DNA of 64,000 nucleotides from Minisyncoccota bacterium (GCA_028718785.1 JAQULB010000004.1:2525-66524), one strand, 5' to 3'; positions 35,416-44,995 are shown, counted from the stretch's first letter. The notes: a model not told the origin generated them from the letters alone. A program made the numbers and translations.

Positions 35416-36147
35416 CTACCCAGAGGCCGGGCCTCTGGATGTTTTTTCCTTATATTGCACCCAATTATCAACAAAATCCTTACACGATTTTTCTCCGCCC
35501 ATAATTTCTGATAAAAATGCTCGTTCTGTTACTGATGGAAAATTTTTCTTTCCCAAATAGTCCTGATAGCTTGACCATTTATAATTTTCTAAAAATTCAA
35601 TAACTTTTTCAATGTTTCTAATCCCATTTTCTTTCCACCCCGGCTCGATTAAAGCAATAGGATTAGTATGAATATAAACAAAAACTGTTTTTAGTTGTTC
35701 GTCATTTTCTATGCGCACCGCCCTAAACCTACCTTGAAAAAAGTATCCTTTATTTTGCAATTGATATTTTTCTTTAAAATAAGAGGCATAACCTGCGCCT
35801 AATTTTTGCATAAATCTACTAATTCCATTATCTTGAACTTGTCGTAAAAGTAAATGCAAATGATTGGGCATGAGGCAAAAAGCTAAGACATCAACAAACC
35901 CATCTCGCTTATCCGGCTCTTCAGCAAATACGGCAACCCGGTTGCCGTATTTTTTCTTGTTTTTCCACTGTCTTCTTTCCTCCCTCCTCCTTCGAATTTC
36001 TACAAAATTTGAATTATTAAATTCGTAAATTGAAAAAATACCCCTGTATTGATCGTTTACATCTTGGAAAAGTAAGCTGTCTCCTATCCTCCTAACAGTA
36101 ACGTGGTAAATCTCCATATTCTCAAGTTGTTCTTTTCTTTTTGGCAT
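35416..36147 (-). CDS. HUH (Y1) transposase of the IS200 / REP-associated (RAYT) type
   Basis: YHVTVRR, LMPNHLHLLL (HUH) and FVYIHTNP (catalytic Tyr motif) are present. The gene is flanked and interrupted by the GGCAACC palindrome. Confidence 0.75.
   Translation of the reverse strand: MPKRKEQLENMEIYHVTVRRIGDSLLFQDVNDQYRGIFSIYEFNNSNFVEIRRRREERRQWKNKKKYGNRVAVFAEEPDKRDGFVDVLAFCLMPNHLHLLLRQVQDNGISRFMQKLGAGYASYFKEKYQLQNKGYFFQGRFRAVRIENDEQLKTVFVYIHTNPIALIEPGWKENGIRNIEKVIEFLENYKWSSYQDYLGKKNFPSVTERAFLSEIMGGEKSCKDFVDNWVQYKEKTSRGPASG
35421..35439. repeat. GC-rich palindrome CCAGAGGCC-G-GGCCTCTGG at the 3' end of the transposase ORF
   Basis: Read directly from the sequence. It encodes the C-terminal tail TSRGPASG and is followed on the plus strand by a T-run. 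Confidence 0.5.
35927..35951. repeat. REP-like palindrome AATACGGCAACCCGGTTGCCGTATT inside the transposase ORF
   Basis: 25-bp perfect palindrome, read as YGNRVAVF. Confidence 0.7.
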
Positions 36148-36159
36148 AGAAATTTAATT

Positions 36160-36180
36160 TACGGCAACCCGGTTGCCGTA
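36160..36180. repeat. REP-like palindrome TACGGCAACCCGGTTGCCGTA, about 12 nt upstream of the transposase start
   Basis: 21-bp perfect palindrome in the transposase/rarA intergenic spacer. Confidence 0.7.
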
Positions 36181-36186
36181 TTGTAA

Positions 36187-37401
36187 TTATTTTAGGTATT
36201 TTCGGTTTTTCAGTTTGTCGGGCAAGTAGGCCTGATCTTCTTGATAATCAAAATCTGGGCTATATTTATAATCCGCTCCATAGCCCAAGTCCTTCATCAA
36301 TTTTGTGGGAGCGTTTCTAATGTGTAGGGGCACAGGTAAATTGCCAAACTCCTCCACATCTTTTTTGGCTTTTCCATAGGCCATATAAAGCTCGTTGGAC
36401 TTTTTGCATTTTGCCATATAAACCACGGCTTGAGCCAAAATAACATTACACTCGGGCATACCAATAAAATGGCAGGCATTGTAAGCTGCCACTGCTTGCT
36501 CTAAAGCCCTTGAATTTGCCAAGCCAATATCCTCTGAGGCAAACCGCACCAGCCGACGGGCAATATACAAAGGATCCTCCCCTGCTTCAATCATTCTTGA
36601 TAGCCAGTATAAGGCCGCATTAGCATCACTTCCCCGCATTGATTTATGCAAAGCTGAAATTATATTGTAATGTTCGTCCCCATCTTTATCATAAAGCAAA
36701 TAAGATTTTTGAAAGGCCTCTTTGATAATATCAAAAGAGATGCTTTTTGATAAACTTGAAGCATACTCTAAAACATTTAAAGCGGTTCTAGCATCCCCAT
36801 TGGCCATTTGGGCTATTTTTTTTAAAACGCCTTTTTCAATTTTTAGTTTTAAGTTTCCCAATCCCCTTTCTTTATCAATAACAGCTTTTTCTAACAGACA
36901 TTCAATTTGGATTTCTGAAAGCTGTTTTAAAACAAAAACCCTACATCTTGATAACAAAGCCCCCCGCACTTCAAAACTTGGATTTTCGGTTGTGGCGCCA
37001 ATTAAAATAATTAGTCCCTTTTCCACATGGGGCAATAAAGCGTCTTGTTGGATTTTGTTCCACCTGTGAATTTCATCAATAAATAAAATAATTTTTCTGC
37101 CTTGCCACTCATCGCTTTGAGCCCTTTTAATAACTTCTCTCAGTTCTTTAAGTCCGCTAGTTACAGCGCTAAATTTAACAAAATCCGCTTTTGTTTGAAG
37201 GGCAATAATATTAGCTAAAGTGGTTTTACCGCTGCCCGGTGGCCCCCAAAAAATCATTGAAGGAATTTTGTCCTGAGCAATTGACTGCCTTAATATTTTC
37301 CCTTCTCCCAAAATATCCTCTTGACCCAAAAACTCGTCCAATGTTTTTGGCCTCATTCTGTCTGCTAAGGGAGCTTGCATTTTATTTTTTTCATCTGCCA
37401 T
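36187..37401 (-). CDS. rarA: Replication-associated recombination protein A (AAA+ ATPase)
   Basis: LADRMRPKTLDEFLGQ, GPPGSGKTT and DEIHRWNK are present, with a MgsA-type C-terminal domain. The start was moved to MADEKNK. Confidence 0.9.
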   Translation of the reverse strand: MADEKNKMQAPLADRMRPKTLDEFLGQEDILGEGKILRQSIAQDKIPSMIFWGPPGSGKTTLANIIALQTKADFVKFSAVTSGLKELREVIKRAQSDEWQGRKIILFIDEIHRWNKIQQDALLPHVEKGLIILIGATTENPSFEVRGALLSRCRVFVLKQLSEIQIECLLEKAVIDKERGLGNLKLKIEKGVLKKIAQMANGDARTALNVLEYASSLSKSISFDIIKEAFQKSYLLYDKDGDEHYNIISALHKSMRGSDANAALYWLSRMIEAGEDPLYIARRLVRFASEDIGLANSRALEQAVAAYNACHFIGMPECNVILAQAVVYMAKCKKSNELYMAYGKAKKDVEEFGNLPVPLHIRNAPTKLMKDLGYGADYKYSPDFDYQEDQAYLPDKLKNRKYLK

Positions 37402-37537
37402 ATCTTTTATATTCACTTTACTCCCATAACAAAAACAGGGCAATAAGCCCTGTTTTTATTTAACAATAAAAGAGATAATAGCCCCAATCGCTATTAGTAA
37501 AATTACCACTGACATTAGTTTGTAAATATCCATAATT

Positions 37538-38386
37538 TTAACTTGTAATTTCCCGTAAAAATTTATTTACAAAATCCATTGAACCATCATTTAAAATAAT
37601 AGCATCAAAATATTTTTTGTAGGCTCCTAAGTTTTCCTCTACTTTTTCATTTAAAAATCCAATCTTTATTAAATTGTCATACTCAAACCCCTCTGTCATT
37701 GCCCCATCCTCTATATTATCGCCTAACAAAATAACATTCTTTCTACTCTCTACTTTGGCAAAAATTTCTGGAAATTCTTTTATCAATATTTCATCCTTGA
37801 TTAGAGTATGAATAACTGGCAATTTTGGCCTTGTTGCTTTTCCTTGTTTATCCCACTCAAAAGAATTGGAGATTACAAAAATATCATCAGATAAAAAACC
37901 TTGCTTTTTTAAAAATAGCCCAATGGCTTCCCCCGCTCCAGAAGCAGAAATAATCACTAAAGGAATATCATTTTTGTTTAAAATTTCAAAAAATTCTTTT
38001 GCTTTTTCTCTAAACTCAACAAGTCCGGTATCAATAATTTTTTGTAAATGGATTTTGTTAAATCCAAAGCTTATCATTAAATCGAATGCTTTACTCCACC
38101 ATTCTGCCATCATTTTTTTCTTTTCTTCTTTTGACAATAAGCCATCAATTTCCAAGGGGTGATAATAATCAAAAAGCCCTTGAGATTTCTGCCTGTATTC
38201 TTGCGGTAAAATATTGCTTTCTCGCAAAACCGTCAACAACGACCCCACTTTTTTCTGATTAACAAATGTTTTAGTTAAAGTCCTGTCAAAATCTGCCAAA
38301 ATGTGTAAAGCCAAAGCCCCGCCCTTTTTCATCTCGGCTTTAATTTGCTCAAACTTTTCTTGGTTTGCAATAATTATATTTTCCAT
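37538..38386 (-). CDS. HAD-superfamily 5'-nucleotidase (cN-III / UMPH-1-like)
   Basis: ILADFDRTLT is the DxDxT motif in the context typical of pyrimidine 5'-nucleotidases. A GDN.ED motif occurs near the C-terminus. Confidence 0.6.
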   Translation of the reverse strand: MENIIIANQEKFEQIKAEMKKGGALALHILADFDRTLTKTFVNQKKVGSLLTVLRESNILPQEYRQKSQGLFDYYHPLEIDGLLSKEEKKKMMAEWWSKAFDLMISFGFNKIHLQKIIDTGLVEFREKAKEFFEILNKNDIPLVIISASGAGEAIGLFLKKQGFLSDDIFVISNSFEWDKQGKATRPKLPVIHTLIKDEILIKEFPEIFAKVESRKNVILLGDNIEDGAMTEGFEYDNLIKIGFLNEKVEENLGAYKKYFDAIILNDGSMDFVNKFLREITS

Positions 38387-38403
38387 ATAATTTTATTTTA
38401 ACA

Positions 38404-38814
38404 TTAAAGCTTTAAATCGCTAAGCTTATCGTTTAGGTCGTCTAAATTTTCAAACTCAATAATTGAATTTGCCATTTCTTGTAAAAAAACTGTTTGAATA
38501 TCTTTTTTTATAGCTAAAACAATTTTTTTATTTTTAGCTAAAGCATAGCCAACTTCCAAAAGCATTCCCTCGCTTTTTTCTTGGCTTTTAACAATAACTA
38601 AAACGCAATCCGTTTTGTCTATTTCTTTTAGGGCGTATTCTAAAATTTGTTTTTTGGTAAAATTATTCTCTTGAAAATAACCTTCTTTTTGAAAAGAATA
38701 AAAGCACCCAAAGCCGGCTGTTTCTATGCCTTGACAAATCCTTTTCATTATAATTTTTAATTCCTCCCTATTTTCCCCAGTTATTCTGTACGATAAAAAT
38801 ATTTTCTTTTTCAT
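38404..38814 (-). CDS. Nucleoside 2-deoxyribosyltransferase-like protein
   Basis: KIFLSY..., D.V..V......EGMLLEVGYA and KKIV form the pattern of the NDT-like Rossmann fold. Confidence 0.45.
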   Translation of the reverse strand: MKKKIFLSYRITGENREELKIIMKRICQGIETAGFGCFYSFQKEGYFQENNFTKKQILEYALKEIDKTDCVLVIVKSQEKSEGMLLEVGYALAKNKKIVLAIKKDIQTVFLQEMANSIIEFENLDDLNDKLSDLKL

Positions 38815-39962
38815 TTATTTAAAATTTTTCTGTAGTAAAATAGCGGGATAAGCAAAATTATTTGGGCAACTATTAAAGCTGCAATCAAGCCAATCCTGTC
38901 AGCTATGTAACCTAATAATACCGCAAAAATTCCAAAAAGAATATTGCCAGCCAAAGAATTTAAAGAGCCCATTGTTGCCCTTTGCTTGTTGGTAAACTCT
39001 TTTTGTAAAAGCGAATTCGTGGCCACAGATCCCACCCCAAAAGTTATGGATGTGCTGGCCATTAAAACTGGAGAAACAGCTGTTGGAAAAATTATAGCGA
39101 TTAAATTTACAATGCGATTGGAAATAATTTCAAAATTTAAAACCTTAAACAGCCCAAACTTGTTAATTACCTTGCCGCTAAAATAATAGCTAAAAGCCCC
39201 GCAAATATTGCCAAACATTTGGGGTATGCCCAAAGCCCACAAAGGCCATAAAGTTTTAAAAAAGGCCTGCCTCAAAAAGTAAGCCGACTCTCCCACTGAA
39301 AACCGCAAAGCCGAAGCTATTGTTGCCAAGCGCAGATTGTTGTTAATTTTAAACTGCCCTAAAGATTCTTTTATATGCTCAAAAATATTTCCGCTGGCCC
39401 TTACGTGCACTTGGGGCTCTTTTATTTTAAGAGCAACTATAAAAGCGCATACTTGGGGCACCACCGAAGCCCACATAACCAAAGCAAAAGATTTTGACGC
39501 CATTAAACTGCCAATTATAGCTGCCCCAGCCAAAGCAATTTGAAACATTGAACTTATTTTACCAAGGTGGGAATGATATTCTTTTTCTTGGCCTGTTTCT
39601 TTCAAAGTGTCCATAAGCAAAGCATCGTTGTTTCCGCTGTAAAAAGCCCTGGAAAGCCCTTGAAATAATGCGCCCAAAAACAATACCCAGTAAGAAATGC
39701 CAACTGCGTATAAAGCAATACAAATTGCAGAGCAAGCTGCCCCAAGGATAGTTGTTTTTTTCCTGCCCAAAAAGTCCGAAACAACCCCTGTTGGCACTTC
39801 AAAAATGGCTGAGGAAACATAAGCCACAGAGAAAATGCTCATCCCTAAAGCGAATGAGCCCGTAACTTTTTGAAAATAAATAATTGCCACTGGCGCGAAA
39901 AAAACAAAATCCGTAAAAAAATTAAACCACCCCAGCAGCTTTATGTTCCTTTTTAGTTGCAT
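38811..39962 (-). CDS. MFS transporter
   Basis: 383 aa with about 12 TM segments and a GVVSDFLGRKK motif between TM2 and TM3. Confidence 0.8.
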   Translation of the reverse strand: MQLKRNIKLLGWFNFFTDFVFFAPVAIIYFQKVTGSFALGMSIFSVAYVSSAIFEVPTGVVSDFLGRKKTTILGAACSAICIALYAVGISYWVLFLGALFQGLSRAFYSGNNDALLMDTLKETGQEKEYHSHLGKISSMFQIALAGAAIIGSLMASKSFALVMWASVVPQVCAFIVALKIKEPQVHVRASGNIFEHIKESLGQFKINNNLRLATIASALRFSVGESAYFLRQAFFKTLWPLWALGIPQMFGNICGAFSYYFSGKVINKFGLFKVLNFEIISNRIVNLIAIIFPTAVSPVLMASTSITFGVGSVATNSLLQKEFTNKQRATMGSLNSLAGNILFGIFAVLLGYIADRIGLIAALIVAQIILLIPLFYYRKILNK

Positions 39963-40489
39963 AGGAATTCGTTCCTCAAAAATTCAAGCCCAACCTTGTC
40001 AACAAGTTCCCCCTCAAAGTTCTCTTTTTCGCTCGGTAAATCCTCTTTTTTAAAACCTACCTTCTCGTAGGCTCTTATTGCTCGCGGGTTATTTCCCCTT
40101 GCTTCAATCCAAATTTTATTAATATCAAAATTATCAAACAAATATTTTATTAAAGCTTTTAAAGCATCTGTACCATAACCCTTTCCCGTTTCCGCCTCAT
40201 CTCCAATAATAATATCAAGTTCAACTTTTTTGTTTTTCAAATCAATCTCATTATAATTTATCTGCCCAATTTTCCCTCCGTTTACAACAATCCAAAAACA
40301 TTGCCCTTTTTCTGGAGAATTTATATCAAAATAGCTATCATTCCAATCTTCAAAAAACTTTTCTTTCGTAATCCCATTTGCGCCATACCAAAACTTGCTC
40401 CCCTCTGTTTCAGTGGCTAATTTATAAAATTCGTCTTTCTCCTCTGATTTTATTGGAGTTAAAATAACTTTTTCACCTTTAATTTCCAT
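39953..40489 (-). CDS. GNAT family N-acetyltransferase (RimJ/RimL-like)
   Basis: GKGYGTDALKALIKYLF and NPRAIRAYEKVGF are present. The start was moved to MEIKGEK. Confidence 0.75.
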   Translation of the reverse strand: MEIKGEKVILTPIKSEEKDEFYKLATETEGSKFWYGANGITKEKFFEDWNDSYFDINSPEKGQCFWIVVNGGKIGQINYNEIDLKNKKVELDIIIGDEAETGKGYGTDALKALIKYLFDNFDINKIWIEARGNNPRAIRAYEKVGFKKEDLPSEKENFEGELVDKVGLEFLRNEFLCN

Positions 40490-40544
40490 ATTTTTTAAAA
40501 TAATAGAAGTATTCCCTAATTTACCATTTTGATACTCCTCGAAA

Positions 40545-41063
40545 TTATTCACTGTCGTTAAATACATCAAGAACTGAGGTCAGCGCGTACTGTAATTTAA
40601 TTTCCTCATTTTTTAATATATCCATTTCATCCAAATAACGCCAATTCACGAAATCGACTTTATGATCAATTAAGAGTTGCCTGAAACATTTACAATCATT
40701 GGCAAAACTTTTCTCAGAGAGCTGGTGGTATCTACTTTCGAGCTTACCCTGCAAGTTCAATGGAAGACTGTCAAAAAGAAGGAGCAGATCATGTATCTGG
40801 AGTGGAATTATTTTCTCTTTCGTAATTAAGGATTTCAACGATAACTCAATCGCAAAAGGTAACACGAAGTTCACAACGTACTTACATCCAAGCGCTAGAG
40901 TTTCCAAGCCATCGGCCCCACTTGTTGTCTTTGCATCACCTAAAAGAGATCGACTTAATCTGCCGTCTCTCTTGACATCTAAGCTCAGTTTTTGAAGCGC
41001 AAAGACAACCCACTGTATAGCTAGCGCTTGCCCATGTTTTAATTTTTCTGGTTCATGGTTCAT
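40545..41063 (-). CDS. Hypothetical helical protein, possibly HEPN-like (RQLLIDH = Rx5H)
   Basis: 172 aa and visibly less AT-rich than its neighbours. An Rx4-6H-type motif lies near the C-terminus. There is no other support. Confidence 0.35.
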   Translation of the reverse strand: MNHEPEKLKHGQALAIQWVVFALQKLSLDVKRDGRLSRSLLGDAKTTSGADGLETLALGCKYVVNFVLPFAIELSLKSLITKEKIIPLQIHDLLLLFDSLPLNLQGKLESRYHQLSEKSFANDCKCFRQLLIDHKVDFVNWRYLDEMDILKNEEIKLQYALTSVLDVFNDSE

Positions 41064-41080
41064 GTAAAAAGTTATATTTC

Positions 41081-41350
41081 TTACACTGGTCTTACTGGTG
41101 CATTTTTAATTAATATTAATTTTTTGGTGCGAGAGAGGCGTTTTAGTTGGGCTTCGCGGGCACGGGCTTGATTTAAAGTTGGAAATTCTTCTGAGTATTT
41201 TAAAACAACTGGCCGACGGATTTTGGTATAGTGAGCTCCCATTTTTGACCCATTGTGTTGTTTTAGCCGTTTTTCAAGATTGTTGGTACAGCCGACATAG
41301 AGGGAGTTGTCGGAGCATTGGAGGATATAGACAAAATAAGAGTATTCCAT
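41081..41350 (-). CDS. GIY-YIG nuclease family protein (YhbQ/SLX1-like)
   Basis: YFVYILQCSDNSLYVGCTNNLEKRLKQHN...AREAQLK. Confidence 0.85.
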   Translation of the reverse strand: MEYSYFVYILQCSDNSLYVGCTNNLEKRLKQHNGSKMGAHYTKIRRPVVLKYSEEFPTLNQARAREAQLKRLSRTKKLILIKNAPVRPV

Positions 41351-41498
41351 AACGAAGTCCCTCGCTTTTGCTCGGGATTAAAATTTCAAGGAGTTTACCT
41401 GTTTGAATGTCTATCCACTTCTTGGTGCGTTCTGCTGAACGCATCCGCGAAGCGAATTTGAGCTTTTTAAAAGATTACTTTTAAAAACTCGAATTCGG

Positions 41499-41569
41499 CT
41501 GCGGGACTAGGATTCGAACCTAGATAAACGGAGTCAAAGTCCGTTGTCCTGCCGTTAGACGATCCCGCA
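41499..41569 (-). tRNA. tRNA-Gln (anticodon UUG)
   Basis: Folded by hand. The acceptor is UGCGGGA/UCCCGCA and the D stem GUCU/GGAC. The anticodon arm is ACGGA-CUUUGAC-UCCGU, the T arm CUAGG-UUCGAAU-CCUAG, and the discriminator is G. CCA is not encoded. Confidence 0.9.
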
Positions 41570-41591
41570 AGGTTAAAATAATGCCTTTATA

Positions 41592-42701
41592 CTACTGATT
41601 TTTAAAGCAAACGTCAACCACGGCCAGCTCCAATGGAAGCTGGATTATTGAGGCGTATTTCATTTTGTTTTCTGCCTCCATAAACTTTTCAATAATAAAC
41701 TTTAACTCTTGCTCTGTGGAGCTTTTTGCTAAAGCCATTAACTTTTCTTTTTCCTCGTTTGTTAAGCTTAAAAGCAAATCGCTTTCTAATGTTGGCTCAA
41801 TTTTTAAAAACAAGGCCTCTTGCAAATATTCCAATAAGTCCTTGGTGAATTCTTTTAAATCAACTCCAGAAAACCGCATTTCGCTTAAAAGATTGAAAGC
41901 CAGATTAGCTTTTTGAGTTTGCAAAAATTCCAAAAAATTAAAAATAGCGGTTTTATCAGCTACGCCCAAAATAATTTGCAAGGTTTCAGCTTTTAACACT
42001 CCCCCGCTTTCTGTGAAACTCACAGCTTGGTCAAGCAATTTTTCTGCGTCCCGCACCGAACCGCTGGCTTTTATGGCAATTAGCTCTAAGGCCTGCTTTT
42101 CAAACTTGATTTTTTCTTGTTTTAAAATATATTCCAAACGGCTAACCAATTCTGGTAATTTTAATTTTTTAAAAGTAAACTGCTGACACCGAGAAACTAT
42201 AGTGGCAATCATTTTGTGAAGTTCGGTGGTAGCTAAAATAAACACAGCATGAGCGGGTGGCTCTTCTAATGTTTTTAATAAAGCGTTAGCCGCTTCTTTG
42301 GTTAATTGGTGGGCTTCATCAATTATAAAAACTTTGTATTTAGATTTTGTGGGGCTAAACCTTATCCCCTCTTTTAATTCTCTTATTTCATCAATTCCCC
42401 TGTTACTGGCTGCGTCAATTTCAATTAAATCAATGGAGTTTCCATGGTTTATTTCCAAGCACGAGTCGCACTTATCGCAGGGCTCAAATTCGCCATCTTT
42501 TCTATTTTGACAATTTATAGCTTTTGCAAATAACCGAGCAACGCTTGTTTTACCACACCCATGCGCTCCAGAAAACAAATAACCATGCCCAATTAAATTG
42601 CGCGCAATTGAGTTGGTTAAAGTTTGGATAACTGTTTCCTGACCCGCCACCTCGCTAAATAGCTTTGGCCTGTATTTTCTGTATAAAACAAGATTTTGCA
42701 T
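41592..42701 (-). CDS. dnaX: DNA polymerase III subunit gamma/tau
   Basis: YRKYRPKLFSEVAGQ, GAHGCGKTS and a Zn module CxxC are present. The start was moved to MQNLVLY because the track N-terminus runs through a terminator hairpin. Confidence 0.9.
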   Translation of the reverse strand: MQNLVLYRKYRPKLFSEVAGQETVIQTLTNSIARNLIGHGYLFSGAHGCGKTSVARLFAKAINCQNRKDGEFEPCDKCDSCLEINHGNSIDLIEIDAASNRGIDEIRELKEGIRFSPTKSKYKVFIIDEAHQLTKEAANALLKTLEEPPAHAVFILATTELHKMIATIVSRCQQFTFKKLKLPELVSRLEYILKQEKIKFEKQALELIAIKASGSVRDAEKLLDQAVSFTESGGVLKAETLQIILGVADKTAIFNFLEFLQTQKANLAFNLLSEMRFSGVDLKEFTKDLLEYLQEALFLKIEPTLESDLLLSLTNEEKEKLMALAKSSTEQELKFIIEKFMEAENKMKYASIIQLPLELAVVDVCFKNQ

Positions 42702-42772
42702 ATTTGGCTTAACAAAGTCATGCTGGGCATAACCTTGTATCCAATTTATCAAAATTTCCAGTAAAAAACAAA

Positions 42773-42810
42773 TGAGCCCAAAAACTTTTTTCAAAAAGTT
42801 TTTGGGCTCA
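42773..42810 (-). terminator. Intrinsic terminator of the upstream small gene
   Basis: TGAGCCCAAAAACTTTTT-tc-AAAAAGTTTTTGGGCTCA has an 18-bp perfect stem. A T-run follows on the minus strand. Confidence 0.7.
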
Positions 42811-42821
42811 TTTAAATTTAT

Positions 42822-43064
42822 TTAAGGGCCACCAACACCATTTATTGGGAGGCATTTTTCCGTCTCCCCTATTCTATAATTTTCTTCATGCCAAAGCTCT
42901 TTTTTTAACTCCTCTTCGTTAGGCAAATTCTTAAATTTCTCTGGCACATCTTTTGTTGTGAGAGAAATATTGGTTAACACAATGATATTTTTTTCAAAAT
43001 CACTTGGTAGAAAAATGGATACTGTCCCATCATTGTTATGAACCGCAACATAATGATTTTGCAT
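42822..43064 (-). CDS. Hypothetical protein
   Basis: 80-aa ORF followed by a strong terminator. No motif recognised. Confidence 0.45.
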   Translation of the reverse strand: MQNHYVAVHNNDGTVSIFLPSDFEKNIIVLTNISLTTKDVPEKFKNLPNEEELKKELWHEENYRIGETEKCLPINGVGGP

Positions 43065-43216
43065 AATAGCTTCCTCCTTAAATTTTTTAATTTTTAATAC
43101 TGGTTTTATATCTACTCTTTTTTCATAAAAAAATCAACTTTTTCTGTCTTTTTTATAATTAAAAAGGGCTTTGAAATGTGCAGTTCCATTGCCCTATTTT
43201 CACCACCTCCTTTGTG

Positions 43217-43447
43217 CTAATTTTTGCTTTTAGTAAACGAACATACTAAAAGCAAAAAAATTATCCCTGCCAGCGCTATGCTGGCAAAAATAATTGTTAT
43301 GTTGTCCCCCGAAGGGGACAACAACCAATCTCCAAAAAACCTTACTTTGTCACTTACCGTGACAAAGAACTTCTGGGAACGATAGCAACCGAAACTTATC
43401 GCCCCAGAAATTAAAGCAAAAATTAAAAAAATTATTTTTCCCTTCAT
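43217..43447 (-). CDS. Hypothetical small membrane protein
   Basis: The start was moved to MKGKIIFLIF, which has GGAGG 6 nt upstream. It has two hydrophobic helices. Confidence 0.45.
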   Translation of the reverse strand: MKGKIIFLIFALISGAISFGCYRSQKFFVTVSDKVRFFGDWLLSPSGDNITIIFASIALAGIIFLLLVCSFTKSKN

Positions 43448-43579
43448 CTTTATCCTCCAAAATAAAGGGTTAAAATTCAATTTAAAACAACATATATATT
43501 ATAGCATATTATGCCAATTAGTCAAGGTTGGCAGGGCATTTTAAAAAAGCTACAATATATCAATTTAAGCCATTTATTT

Positions 43580-44995
43580 ATGCTCCAAATTTATAATACT
43601 TTATCAAGCAAAATTGAACCCTTATCCCCTATTAAAAAAGGTAAAATTAACCTGTTTGTTTGCGGACCAACAGTTTATGACTATTCTCACATTGGCCATG
43701 CCAGAACTTATGTGGCTTTTGATATGTTTGTTAATTACCTAAAACATCTGGGGTTTGATGTTTTTTATTTACAAAACATAACTGACATTGACGATAAAAT
43801 AATAAAAAGAGCTAAAGAAAAAAATGTTAGCCCAAAAGAATTAGCGTATGAATTTGAAAAAGAATATATGGCTGATATGAAAACCTTGCAAGTAAAATCC
43901 ATTACAAAGTACGCCAGAGCCACAGAGCATATAAAACAAATTATCTCTCAAGTGGAACGGCTTTTAGTCAAGGGGTTTGCTTATCAAACAAGTGATGGCA
44001 TTTATTATGATGTTTCAAAATTTATTGGCTATGGCAAGCTTTCTGGCCGAACTGTTGAGGGGGCAGAAGATGGCACCTCAAGAATTGACGAGGGCGTTGC
44101 AAAAAAAAATAAAGCGGATTTTTGCTTGTGGAAGCTTGCTCTGAGTGAAGCCAAAGAATTTGAGCCCTCATGGCCAAGCCCTTGGGGAGCTGGCAGGCCG
44201 GGCTGGCACATTGAAGACACTGCCATTACTGAAAAATACTTTGGGGCCCAATACGACATTCACGGAGGCGCAAGAGATCTTATATTCCCCCACCACGAAG
44301 CAGAAATAAGCCAAATGGAGGCAATCTCTGGAAAATCGCCTTTAGTTAAATACTGGATACATACTGGATTTTTAACCATTGATGGTCAAAAAATGAGCAA
44401 GTCGCTTGGCAATTTCACAACTATAAGGGATTTCTTAAAACAAAACACCCCCCAAACTTTGCGAATGTTTATATTCTCCAGCCATTATCGCTCCCCTATT
44501 GATTTAAAAGATACCTCAATTGCGGAAGCCAAAGCCAATGTTGAAAAACTGCAGGACTTAATAACTAAACTGCAAGAAGTTAAACTCCTTGCAAAAGAAC
44601 CAAGCAAGGAGTTTAATTCCTTGCAAGAAAAATTTTGGGATGAATTAGAAAATGATTTTAACACTCCCAAAGCCAAAGCAATGTTGTTTGAGATAGCTAA
44701 TTTGGCTAATGAAAAAATTTCCAAAAACGAATTAACCCAGGAAGAGGCAGAAGAAATTTTAAAATTTTTAAAGAAAATAAATAAAATATTTTTATTTTTA
44801 GATTTTAAAAAGAAAAAAGAAGCTGAAATCCCAGAAGAAATAAAAAAATTAGCCAAGCAAAGAGAAAAATTCCGCCAAGCCAAAGAATGGCAAAAAGCTG
44901 ACGAGATGAGGAATTTAACTGCTTCAAAAGGCTGGTCAATCTACGACACAGACAATGGTTATGAATTGAAACCAAAAGATCCAACAATAGATTGA
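43580..44995 (+). CDS. cysS: Cysteine--tRNA ligase
   Basis: HIGHARTY (HIGH), KMSKSLGN (KMSKS) and WPSPWG are present. The start was moved to MLQIYNTLS. Confidence 0.92.
   Translation: MLQIYNTLSSKIEPLSPIKKGKINLFVCGPTVYDYSHIGHARTYVAFDMFVNYLKHLGFDVFYLQNITDIDDKIIKRAKEKNVSPKELAYEFEKEYMADMKTLQVKSITKYARATEHIKQIISQVERLLVKGFAYQTSDGIYYDVSKFIGYGKLSGRTVEGAEDGTSRIDEGVAKKNKADFCLWKLALSEAKEFEPSWPSPWGAGRPGWHIEDTAITEKYFGAQYDIHGGARDLIFPHHEAEISQMEAISGKSPLVKYWIHTGFLTIDGQKMSKSLGNFTTIRDFLKQNTPQTLRMFIFSSHYRSPIDLKDTSIAEAKANVEKLQDLITKLQEVKLLAKEPSKEFNSLQEKFWDELENDFNTPKAKAMLFEIANLANEKISKNELTQEEAEEILKFLKKINKIFLFLDFKKKKEAEIPEEIKKLAKQREKFRQAKEWQKADEMRNLTASKGWSIYDTDNGYELKPKDPTID

Noticed and set aside
26591-35504. Many 60-130-aa plus-strand ORFs antisense to the ATPase operon, the P-type ATPase and the transposase (for example 27621-27929, 32546-32947, 33789-34130, 35187-35504).
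   Set aside because: They lie antisense to long, well-supported genes and have biased composition, as expected for shadow ORFs in AT-rich DNA.
42702-42794. N-terminal 31-residue extension of dnaX in the ORF track (MKKVFGLICFLLE...).
   Set aside because: The extension is encoded by the 18-bp-stem terminator hairpin of the upstream gene. The conserved DnaX N-terminus (MQNLVLYRKYRP) starts at 42701.
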